From the NCBI GenBank assembly GCA_021432655.1, contig MU271242.1, positions 1 through 64,000 on the forward strand: DNA of 64,000 nucleotides, written 5' to 3'. This document shows, piece after piece, positions 39,101 to 51,090 of the stretch. Position 1 is the first letter of the stretch, and the number at the start of each line of letters is the position of its first letter. Position numbers and translations under genes: made by a program. This DNA comes from Atractiella rhizophila (taxonomy: Eukaryota). The notes beneath the pieces are model-generated. The model saw nothing but the letters and a program-made list of their open reading frames with translations, searched no databases and was not told the origin of the DNA.

Positions 39101-42100
39101 CTACAGTCCACCGGATCAAGAGGGTTACTCCCTTCACGTCCCCAAGGTAGAGAATACGCAGGAAGGAGCCATTGAGGCGACTGCGAGCTCTGGGCAGGCA
39201 ACAGGTAGTGATGCGTTAATGGAGACAGATGAGCAACCAGCTTCGACGTCCCAGACTGATGAGGAGAAAAAGGATGAGAAGGAGGAAAGGAGGAATTATA
39301 CTTTGGACTATATCAACGTCGCCAGCAAGGTACACTAGAAACTTTTCCCTAATGATTTACTAACAACTTACTTTGGGCTAGTTGCTGGAAGGGATTTTCC
39401 AGAACGTTTCTCATTGCAAGGACTTTGTTGATGAACAAATCCTCACCCAACTTCTAAACTACACCACTCTACCTTCCATTCCTTATGATTGGCCTGGTAC
39501 CGAGTCCTACAAGAATTACTCCATCCTTTTCAAGACGATATGCGAAGTCAGCCCTACGAAGGTGCTCATCGTACTCCTTAAGACGCTAAGTTCATCTTTG
39601 GACGAGTTGACGGGTTGGTGGGATGGGGAAAGGGTCTCAGAGCCGCGTATCAAAATGTTTTTGGATTATTGTAAGTTGATTGCTCTTCGGTTTAGCGCAG
39701 AATAGCAGGATTGAAAACACTGCATTCATAGCGTCCGTCGAGCATGAGAGTTCCAATCGAATATTCCGTCATCTTATCGCAGTTCAGACTCAGGCGTCTT
39801 TGCTGGGGGATTGCAACGCCGCCATTGGAGGCTATCAGACTGGGAAACCCTTGACTGCGGTTCTTCTGGCTCTGAACGGAGAGAGGGAGATAGAAGCGAT
39901 CCGGAAATTAGCTCAGCTTCACCAAACCTGTCTGTGGGAGAACCACATTGCGAAGAACATCATCCCTGCTTCATGGAACGAGGCCAATCTCAAGCATACA
40001 ATCAAGGTCGCTCAGATTTATGGATTACCCGATTGGATGGTCAATGCTCTCAAGACGGAGAAAGTTGAATTTGATAAAGCAGATGCAAGGTACAAGAATT
40101 TCAAGGCTTCCAGGCATCTTATCACCACCATGGCTGGTTCATTGCTCACCTTTTTTCAAGGTGAGCGTTCGTGATATCTCGCTTAAGGCAGGTTTTCCAA
40201 CCTTCATTTAGGAATTGGAAGGATGTTTGTACATCGTCGACCAAGCGATTCCACCCACAGGAAGCAGGCGTTGAAGGCGGCCGACAACATGGCTGCTATT
40301 ATCCGAGATTACACGAAATGGCCAGAGTCGGGTACGATCTGTTTATTTCAGCAAGGCTATTTTGACGGCGTAACGGCAGGTGATAACCTTGGGGACTTCG
40401 CTTACTCAACAGCGGTCATTCGATTTGTCTCTGTAATGTTAACGGATGGTCCGTGCCTTCTCATGACTTTAGTTGCAACTAATGCTGCATTCTAGATCGA
40501 CAAGGTAATGGTCTGCAGACTATCCTCCTTGTTGCCCTGGAACGGTGTGGCGGTCTCACAGCGCTTTGCAACCTATACCAGCGGCAGGAATCTTGGGCCA
40601 ACGAGTCCATCAAGGAAGTTCTCGCCCTTCACGATGCTGGCAAGCCAATCCCTCCGGAGACTATCTACGTCTACGTGGGCTTGCGAGCAGCCTTAAACCT
40701 ATTTCTCCAACTCACCGCCATGAAGCCTTTATTCGAATCGGTACAAACACAAATTTTGTCAGGACGAGAATCGTCTCCTGGAGAACCTGTTTGGAAGACT
40801 TCTGACTTTCTGGTGCACCTACGACTCTCGCTGGCACCATTTGTTTCATCGACGTGGCATTCGCTGTGGCTTACAGAGTCAGCTACTAGTTTTTGCCGAA
40901 CCGTTATTCGAATCATCCTTAACATCCTCAAAGCAGAGGGGGAAAGCATGAGTTCGCAAAGTACCTCCTCTATCGCTGCAGCACTTGCATCTCAAGCTGG
41001 CTTTGCGGAATTTGCATCCCGAGCTCCTGTGGTGGCTGATGAGCAAAAAGTCACTTCCCTCATTGAGATGGGGTTTCCACGGTCGATTGCTGAAACAGCC
41101 CTCATTCGCTGTCACAACAACCTCTCTGCCGCTACCGAATGGCTTTTGAACCACCAAGGAGCTGTTGCAGAAGCACGAGCTCAAGAGGCACGAGCGGCAG
41201 CAACCACAGCCAGAGCGACTGAACCTGTTACTTCTGGGACAGATATCATCCAGTCAGAACCGTCCATGGACCCAATACCTGCACAATCGACCTCGACTTA
41301 TACTGAGCCCCAAAATGCGGATGTGGCTCCTCCCATCAGTGACGACGTTGAGATGTCTGATTCGGCGGCAGATCTCGAGCCGCCAAGGTTTCCGCCTGCA
41401 CCGGAACGACCCGTCTCGCCACCCCTCGTTCCTCAAGAGGAGGATCACAGGGATGCTGCCATGGAGGAAGTAGGACCCAACACTGAGGCAACTAAGGAAT
41501 CCAAATCAGAGGAAACGACGAAGCCGGACCCGGCTGTAACGGAACGCGAAGAGTTGACAAAGGTCAAGGAAGAATTCAAGTCCTCGTTCTTCGAAAAGGC
41601 TGTTGAGTTGGCTTATAAGTGGGAAGATATCATTTTCGACATTCGCGACGCCTTCGGATACATCTCTAAAGACATGGATGATTACTTCTCTCGCATAGTT
41701 TCCGCGTTAGAGAACGAAGCCACATCTTCAAATGATCCAAGCACAGATGCGGCCACGGGTGTGCGACTACGCTTGATTGCAGTATTGGCTTCCGATGTGA
41801 AATACCAGTACATGTTCAGAATTGAGCTGCCAACGATCGCAGAAGCGTGCAAGACCTTATTTCAACGATTCAACGCAAACGTTCGGAGTGATTGCAAGTG
41901 GCTGACACCGTTACTCCTCGTGGCAGAAACTTCTTTCACCTTTGGGGATCAACCGAAGAGCGGCGAAGTGCTTGATAAAGGTATGATTAACATTCTGCTT
42001 GTCCTGGCTAAGCCCCATCCAGCATCCCCAGTCTTTACACCGGACGATATGCTTGCTGGACCGAAACTGGAGGCGCATAAAGAAGCTGCTTTCCAAACTT

Positions 42101-45100
42101 GTCTCAAAGTTCTAGCTCTCCCTCCTACGTCGAAGACCCTCGTGCTTGCCGTCCTCCGCCTGCTCCTTTGTTTGACGAAAGAACATCGGTTCGCGCAGGC
42201 ATTTGTCGAACAAGGCGGTCTTGAACTTCTCTTTTCCCTCTTTTCCACCGACGAGAAGGCTACGGAAGGCTGTCGATCCCTAGCTCTGTTAATCATTAGG
42301 CACGTAGTTGAGGACCCACGTCTCCTAATTTCAGTTATGGAACGTGAAGCTGCTCAGTGGATATCCACATCACGAAATGCTGCCGAACCTGATGTCCACA
42401 CTTTCACTCGTGCAACCTCTGCCATGATAGTCAGGGAGCCGGTCACCTTTGTTAAAGCAATTCAGAAGGCCTTCGAACTGCGAGAACCGGAACCAGAAGC
42501 TGATGGGTTGTATCACGTTAGGCTTCTCTCCGTTGCAAAACCTAAAGCAGAGAAGAAATCTCAATCAGCGACAACTGACAATGAAATGATGGTTGATCAG
42601 CCCACGGCTCGCTATAACCAACCTGAACCGTTCACGGAGCCGTCGAAGTCAATGGATGTCACCATGCACTTCCTCATACAACAGTTTGTGCAAGCTCAAC
42701 CAAATGCCATTGTCTCAGTTCCACAGTCCGAATCTTCCATCAAAGAAGGCGACAGCGACATCTCCTTCGCCCCCTACATTCACGCCTGTTTCATCCTTTC
42801 GGCCATCTGCGAACTTATCGCTTGTTATCCTCCTGCCAAGTCGAGTCTCATGACCTTCACGAACGAGAATTCATGTAAAACCAAATTTGGATTCGTTTCA
42901 TTCCTCCTGCAGGAGGTCATCTGCTCGGGGTCCCTTGTGTCCGAAAACGATGACCCAATAGCACAACAAGCACAAGGACTTTCTCAGTGGGCTCATCTCC
43001 TTATTGTCGCTCTCATGTGGGACCCCTATCCTGGTATGTCAAAAGACAAGGAAGCCGGGTTTGATATCAGCCAAGTTCGAAAGAACGTCCTCGATATGAT
43101 CATCAAAGCTTTCAAAGACGCCTCGAGCAGTACCGAAGGCCAGGAACGACGCTATGCTCGACTCGCCGCGCTCGGGGATCTTTGCCATCGTATTCTCACC
43201 GTCGCTCCGTACGCTGCAACAAAGAAACCCCCTGAAAGCTCATCACTCCCCGTTGCCAAGCTTATGCTCGAGAAAAACTTTGTGTCCGTCCTCACTAATG
43301 CTTTGTCCGATGTCGACCTGAACTTCCCTTCCATTCACATCATGACCACATTCCTCCTCAAACCTATCGAGTTCTTGACCCGGGTAGTCACCAAGGTTGG
43401 ACGGTCAGTGGACAGAAAGCTCCAGCTCCCGCTGACGGACGACTTTTCTGATGGGTCGGAAAGCGTCTCTGAAGAAGATGAGGATTCTATAGAGGACGAA
43501 GAAGAGACTCCCGATCTCTACCGCAACTCCGCCCTGGGGATGCATGAAGGCGAGTTGGATGACACTGCGCAGGCTGATGCTTACATGGATGAAGATGGAT
43601 TCGATGAGGATGAAGACATGATGGACGCGGAAGAAGACGACTATTTAGGCAGCGATATGAGTGATGTGTCCGAAGATGAAGTAGGCGATGCCACCATGAT
43701 TGAGGAAAGACACGGAGAGAGTGAAGGAGGAACGGAGGACGATGAGAATACTGAGGATGATGAAACTGGATCCGAGGACGGTGATGGAGCTGACGAAGTT
43801 GTCATTAGCGAGGAAATTATTGATGACGATGATGAGGGTGACGAAGGGGATGGAGATGCTGCTGGTAAGATCGTCTCACAAACGAAGCGGCGCTTGCTTA
43901 CCTGGTGCAGAAAATGCCCTCGATTGGATGACCGAGAACGTCACGTTGGCTGACGAGGGAGCTGACATAGTTGTAGAAGATGAGAATGAGGTCCAAGCGA
44001 TAGAAGATGCACCTGGTGGACCAGCTGTTCTCGTCGATGCGGAAGACGGCGGAGACGCTGCTTCACTAGATAGCGATGTGGAGGATGACGAAGAGGATGC
44101 GTATGACATTGACGCAGATGGTCGTCCCATGGATGATGCCAGCCAGATGTTCACAGAAGCCTTCAGGGAGATAATAGCCGATATTGGCGGCGGAGCGATA
44201 ATCACAGGAGGAGGCCGCGAGCCGCTTCGTAGACGCCTCCTTGGCCGTAGGTGTCTATTTGACTGCGAGTCCTTTTCGCTTAAAAGTTCTAGTAGACGAT
44301 GGAGGACGAGACGTCAACGCTTTCGGACGTCAGCGTGCAAACAACCAACCGGACCTTGCTCCACATCCTCTTCTTGTTGATCCTATCGCTGTGCTTCCTC
44401 AAATGTCGACGCGTTCTCATAGACGGCGGCATCTAGACGAGCTGATGCAGAATTTCGCCACAGAACCTAACGGCAACCTGAATGCAATCTTGACGCACAT
44501 GATTGCTCGGGGAGGTGCGGCACTCTACTCTGTTGCGTTTTTCATTCTCATGACTATCTAGACCCTAACATCATACAGCGTGCGATGGAGTACACCATTG
44601 CTCCTCGACTCACCGCGGGGAGTGCAAGTCAATCCAGAACCCAAAAGCTTTCAGCGCGCATCAAATCAACGCAAGACTTTCTCCCACAGCCTACCGGTTC
44701 TCGTTGGAACGAAGAGTCCCACGTCTACCCTCCGGTTCTAACTCCTAATGAACGGGCTAGCAGGGTGTCATCTCACGTAGTCTCCGCCCTCCTTGCTAAA
44801 GAGCTGGAGGTATATGGACCATCCGGTCGCCCGAAATTGCCTGCAAAAGGATCGGAGGAGGAAGAGAGACCGCCGTCTCGAGAAGAAGAGAAGGGTCCGG
44901 AGGAGGGAACTGCTGAAGAACCAAGTGAGGATGTGGAAATGAACCCTGCCGTGGAAAACTCGCCCGAGGAGCCAACTTCACAGCAGGTCAATTCTCTGGA
45001 GACGCAAGAGGGCAACCGAACTCCTCCGCCGAGTATCCCAGTGGTACCTATGGAGCCTCTGCAAACGGAAGATATCCCCCTCAATGATTCCTCGAACGAC

Positions 45101-47524
45101 CCGTTGGCACAAATTATGCGAATCGCTCGCTCTCTTGGTTCTGCTGAAGCATCTAATCAATTGGACCAAACTCCACAAGCCTCGACTAGCTCATTCAACA
45201 TTGAAGACATGGCGCGTTCACTTGCAGAAGGTCTGGCTGCCCCTACGGTTGAGTCTACGACAGCAGTCGACCCACCCAGCACCAATCTTATCGATCGCGA
45301 CGAGACAGAAACATCTGACTCTAATGATGATGAGCCGATGGAATCGGTTGAAATTGCTCCAGCGCCAGTAAATGAACCTCAATCGACCACAGATCCAACC
45401 GATCCAAGTCAGCAAGCAACGGGGACGGAAGCTTCAAATCAAAGTGCAGCTCCTCAACGCGTTACCATTACGATACACGGTAATGTGCACGATATTACAG
45501 ATACTGGGATCGACCCGACGTTCCTCGAGGCTCTACCTGATGACATGCGTGAAGAGGTGCTAAATCAACACATTCGAGAGACTCGAGCAACTGCAGCCAC
45601 TCAAGGAGCGAATTCTGCCATCAGCTCGGATTTCCTGGACGCTCTTCCACCAGAAATTCGTGCAGAAGTGCTTCAGCAAGAAGCGTTGGAGCAAGGTCGA
45701 CGCAACCGCAGCGAAAACCCACCACCTGGCGACAGCCAATCAATAGGGCCCGTGGAGATGGACGCGGGCACTTTCCTGGCGACGCTCGATCCTTCCTTAC
45801 GGCACCAGGTCCTACTTGAACAGGAGGATACGTTCTTGTCTTCATTGCCACCCCAGCTCCTTGCTGAAGCTAATCGATTACGAGAGCGTCCCACGACTAT
45901 TCGACGTGCATTCAACCTCGGTGCTCGTCGGCCCCTTGCTCCGCCTTTGCAAGAGCCGCAGCTCAAGAAGGTTCAACCCTCCCGTGAAGCAGTCCAACTA
46001 CTCGACAAGGCTGGAGTTGCGGCTTTAGTTAGACTGATCTTCCACCCTTTGGCTCTTCGGAAAAGTTTGCTCACACGTGTGCTGGTCAATCTCTGCGAAA
46101 ATGCAAAGACTCGCGGCGAACTTCTGGGTCTGCTCTTAACCATTTTGCATGACGGAACAAGAGACGGTACCATGATGGACAAGACTTTCAGTCAAATGAG
46201 TTCGCGAGCGTCCAAAGGGAATCATACGTCTGCTGTGAAACTTACAAGGCGGCCTACGGATACAGGTCACCCTGTTGGATTGCCTGACACCAGTCCCCAT
46301 CTGATTGCTCAACGTTGTCTCGATGCAATGGCACCACTCGTTATCACGAATCAGCTCTGCCCTTTATTCTTTCTCACAGAGCAAGACACCCCGTCTGGTC
46401 TCAACCGAAAAATGAGTCGGAAAGGGAAGGGGAAAGAGAAGGCCCTTCCTGCAACCACATATCCAATCATCTTCTTACTCAGCATGTTGGATCGACCCGA
46501 TTTTTTGAAAACTCAAGGACTTGTGGAGAGCCTTACTGGACTTCTGGCTAACATCACTAAACCACTGAATATTCTTTCAAAGAAGCAGAAAGAGGAGGAT
46601 AAGGAGGATAAGGAGGATAAGCAGAAGAATGCCGATGAACCATTGAGCACAGACAACGCCGAATCAGGAACCACTACAACAACGGTACCAACAGAGCAGC
46701 CCATTGGTGACCACAAGGATAAAAGCAAGAAGAAGGCGGATGGGGATCCGAAAGAGAAGGATGACCCGACAGAAGTTCTCGTCTCTCGTCCTCCTCAGAT
46801 TCCTTCTCACGTTCTTCGCTACGTCGTCAACATTCTCGATGCCGGCGAATGCTCAAGCCGCACCTTCCAGCAAACCTTGCTTCTTATCCAGAACCTTTCT
46901 CTCCTTCCAGATGCTCAAGAAGGGTTACTTTCCGAACTGCAAGCCCGTGCTCAGACGCTGGGAGACCTCATCGTAGAGGACCTGCAACTCCTGTTAGAAG
47001 TGTTGAAGAAGGATTCAACTGAGTCTAACGAGGTTTCAGAACTGGGGAAGGGGCAAGATAGCGTTCGCAGTGTCACTCTGACCAGGTTTTCGCCAGCCAG
47101 CAGCTTGCAAACAAAGCTGTTACGCATCTTGAAGACCATTGATTATACGTCTACAGCTACGAGCAACGGTCGAAAACCAGTGTCGGAATATCTACAGCTT
47201 CTTTCTGCCCTCTCTCTCGCCCCTACCAACAACGGTACCAATGATCAGTCGGAAGCTGCCGCAGCGAATTCCCCAAATGCTGCGACCGGTGGTTTAACGA
47301 AAGAGCAGAAGATGGTAGAAGGGATCTATGAGGATTTCAAATATGACAAGCTGTGGAGCCTCATGTCGGATTGTCTCGGGGAGATCGAGAAGGGAGATCC
47401 AGTAGAAATGGTCCAAATCGCTACCGTTTTGATGCCTTTGGTGGAAGCTTTCATGGTCGTCTGCAAGTACTCGATAGTTAGTGGCAGTAGTAGGCGAGCG
47501 GAGGGACGGGGTGGTTGGAGCTGA
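36177..47524 (+). CDS. TOM1: TOM1/HUWE1-type E3 ligase (DUF908/DUF913 region, UBA, acidic region, UBM/DUF4414) ending before the HECT domain
   Basis: Exon 1 'MKIKRTQKRTPSP'; 'WPWPRTDLQYWIRVLNRFD', 'FVHNEPTSLAVLQ', UBA 'LIEMGFPRSIAETALIRCHNNLSAATEWLL', 'ETPDLYRNSALGM', 'GIDPTFLEALPDDMREEV', 'LMPLVEAFMVVCK'; stop at 47524. Confidence 0.92.
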
Positions 47525-47604
47525 AGGTATGCTTCCTTTCTCCCACACTGTGAACATTATTGAATTTAAATGACAGATCTTGCACTGGTTCTGGTTATCA
47601 GTTT

Positions 47605-49940
47605 GAATCCGCATCAGCATATGTGAATAGCTGCTCAAATGTTTCTGAAATCTGTACGCAATTCTCGAATATCACAATTACATGTTTGATTAAAGCCACA
47701 TCACCTTCATTGAGAATTAAATGAGCGAGTTGTCTGACTCGGAAGCGATAGTGGTGTTTTTTTCCTGCGCGAGGACGAAGCGAAGAAGGCGATGGCAGAT
47801 ATAGCGCCGTTAGCCCTAAAAGCCCGTTACTGATAGCTAAGTTGCCGCTGCTCCTTCAAAACTGCGAATTTCTTGTTTAAGGATGCAAACCACGAGCAAG
47901 TGCCAAGGTTTCATTTCCCACGAACACTGGCCGCAACGCGTTGAGGATAAAACGCAAGGACGTTGTTCGCGTAATGGTGGCATAACATAGCAATAACACT
48001 CACCGGGAGGATGTGGGCACATAGACAGTAACATAACATCCGGTTCACACTCCATCTTCCCAACACAGAGTCCTAAATGCTAATGCTAGCCATGCATCTC
48101 TCTGGCGAGGACGACCCCAAGGGTTGCAGCTTAGCTGCGAAAGCGGCGGAGGGAGTTTCCCTAACAGCAGCTATACCAAATGCCACGTTACACAATGCAA
48201 CAACGTATTAGACTTGGTTGAGAGGGCAACATCGAGGAAGATTGTCAGAGTTGGAATGATTAGCCCGATACCGCAAAGTCTGGTGTTTTGATAGGCAAAT
48301 TTACAAAGAATCATATAGGGATGGTCGCAAAGTTGAAGAAGTTAACAGCACTCCTCGACTTTACTCGGCTGGACCAATTCTCTTTCTGTCTGTCACACAA
48401 AGTGGAGTCCTGCATTTGAATACGGAGACGGAATCAGTACTGACAACTTGGGGCACATCGAGCACGAGTAACCCTGTTATCGACAACGAAAGATTTTACA
48501 ATAAACATTTTTCCATCGTCGAGTCACAGTTAGCCAATCTGACTGACTGTCGACACCAATGCACCCAAGCAGGAACTGGTAACGGAGTGCGGCTTCCAAA
48601 CCGAGGGCCGCTAACCATCAACCACAGTTGGATTCATCTGACAAACACTACAGCGAGACGATCTTCCCGAGCTCCGTCTGGCGATGGCGAAGAGTCGAAC
48701 CGAAGGGGACATGATGACATGATCTGTAAAGCTTGTCAGTCATCTCAATTTGTCCCACAGAATCCGCATCAGCATATGTGAATAGCTGCTCAAATGTTTC
48801 TGAAATCTGTACGCAATTCTCGAATATCACAATTACATGTTTGATTAAAGCCACGTCACCTTCATTGAGAATTAAACGAGCGAGTTGTCTGACTCGGAAG
48901 CGACAGTGGTGTTTTTTCCTGCGGGAGGACGAAGCGAAGAAGGCGATAGTAGATACAGCGCCGTTAGCCCTGAAAGCCCGTTACTGATAGGATAGCTAAG
49001 TTGCCGCTGCTCCTTCAAAACTGCGAATTTCTTGTTTAAGGATGCAAACTACGAGCAAGTGCCAAGGTTTCATTTCCGACGAACACTGGCCCAACGCGTT
49101 GAGGATAAAACGCAAGGACGTTGTTCGCGCAAGGGTAGCATAACATAGCAATAACACTCACCAAGAGAATAAGGGCACATAGACAGTAACATAACATCCG
49201 GTTCACATTCCATCTTCCCAACACAGAGTCCTAAATGCTAATGCTAGCTGTGCATCTCTCTGGCGAGGACGACCCCAAGGGTTGCAGCTTAGCTGCGAAA
49301 GCGGTGGAGGGAGTTTGCTTTGCTTGTTGCTTTTTCCCTAACAGCAGCTACCAAATGCCAACGTTACACAATGCAAAGTATTAGACTTGGTTGAGAGGGC
49401 AACATGGAGGGAGATTGTCAGAGTTGGAATGATTAGCCCGATACCGCAAAGTCTAGTGTTTTGATAGGCAAATTTACAAAGATTCATATAGGGATGGTCG
49501 CAAAGTTGAAGAAGTTGACAGCACCCATCGACTTTACTCGGCTGGACCAATTCTCTTTCTGTCACACAAAGTGGAGTCCTGCATTCGAATACGGAGACGA
49601 GGATTAGTACTGACAACTTGGGGCACATCGAGCACGAGTAACTCTGTTATCGAGGACGAAAGATTGTACAATAAACAACTTTTCATAACAACTTTTCATA
49701 GTCGAGTCACAGTTAACCCGATCTGACTGTCTGACTGTCGACACCAATGCACCCAAGCAAGAACTGGTAACGGAGTGCGGCTTCCAAACCGAGGGCCGCT
49801 AACCATCAACCACAGTTGGATTCATCCGACAAACACTACAGCGAGACGTTCTTCCCGAGCTCCGTCTGGCGAGGGCGAAGAGTCGAACCGAAGGGGACAT
49901 GATGACATGATCTGTAGTCAGTCATCTCAATTTGTCCCAC
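47605..49940. repeat. Tandem duplication of about 1.15-1.18 kb (47605-48759 and 48760-49940), diverged by SNPs and indels
   Basis: Both units begin GAATCCGCATCAGCATATGTG and end GTCATCTCAATTTGTCCCAC; only short broken ORFs inside. Confidence 0.97.
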
Positions 49941-50048
49941 TCAGCTTCGCACAAACGAGGGAGTATAAAAGGAACGTAAACGGTCCACCGTTTGATAGTA
50001 AGCAAGCAACAATACCTCAATAACGTAACAAAATACCTCAAGTATAGC

Positions 50049-50948
50049 ATGTGTTACACCGTCCCTCTCCCGCTGTCGGAACTTTCTCCCTCAACCGAGA
50101 ATCCTCAAGCTCTCACATACGCACACCTGCAGTCCAAATATGCCGCTGCAATCGACACACCGCTCGTCAAAAAAGCAGAAGCATATGTCAAGACCCAACT
50201 GCCTCTCAACGTTTTCAATCATTCCCACCGCGCTTTCTATATCGGTTCGTCCTCCTCCCTTTCCTTTCCTTCATTGTAATAATCGGTGTTTTGGACAGCC
50301 GCTGCCATAGCTGAAGTGCACTTTCCGGAATGGAAGTGGGATCCAGAGACATTCTACCTGTCATGCCTCTTCCATGACTTGGGTTGCACGCCAGACAACC
50401 TAAAAGCGTTCGTCGCTTCCCTCCTGAGCTCCTCTCTTACAGACTTGTCTGTATAGGACGAAGATGAGTTTCGAATTTTTTGGCGCGTTCCTCGCAAGGC
50501 AGTGGTTGCTCCAGGAAGGGGCTGAACAAGACATTGCCGACTGGGTCGCCGAGACGATCTGTCGCCATACAGACTTCGTGACAGGTTCCGTATGTTTATC
50601 AATCAACAGCCAAAGGAGATGATAATAATAAGCACCTGCTCAGATTGTCGTCTATGGTCAGCTCATCCAACTGGGAACTATTACAGATAATCTGGGGCTG
50701 CCCGAATACAGTAAATTCATCAACATCAAAACCATCGAGGGGATCGTACAAGCTTGGCCAAGGGAGCAGTGGACAAGAGGATTTTACGACGCCATGGAGC
50801 TGGAGAAAAAACTCAAGCCTTGGAGCCATACTACAGCACTCGATGCGAGCAACTTCGGGGAGAACATCCTCAAGTAAGTTATTTTGTTTATAGGTATGGC
50901 TAAGAATTGAACATTCATAGGAATCCGCTTATGAATCGCTTCGAGTAA
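50049..50948 (+). CDS. HD-domain cyanamide hydratase family protein (Ddi2/Ddi3-like)
   Basis: 'VFNHSHRAFY', 'ETFYLSCLFHDLG', 'TKMSFEFFGAFLAR', 'VAETICRH', 'GQLIQLGT', 'KLKPWSHTT'; TATAAAA near 49965. Confidence 0.9.
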
Positions 50949-51090
50949 ACGACATGTATATGTCCAAGAACTTTGTTTGGCACTGTCCTGCTGTAATGAT
51001 AATATGCGACATTAGACCATTTCATTACCTCGAATTGCGGACAGAGTACATGCAACAGATCAGACAACTTAGATGTCCCAGTTCAGAAAA

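Noticed and set aside
41981..42022. Hydrophobic insertion 'GMINILLVLAKPHP' in TOM1
   Set aside because: Probably a 42-nt in-frame GTATGA..CAG intron read through by the ORF caller.
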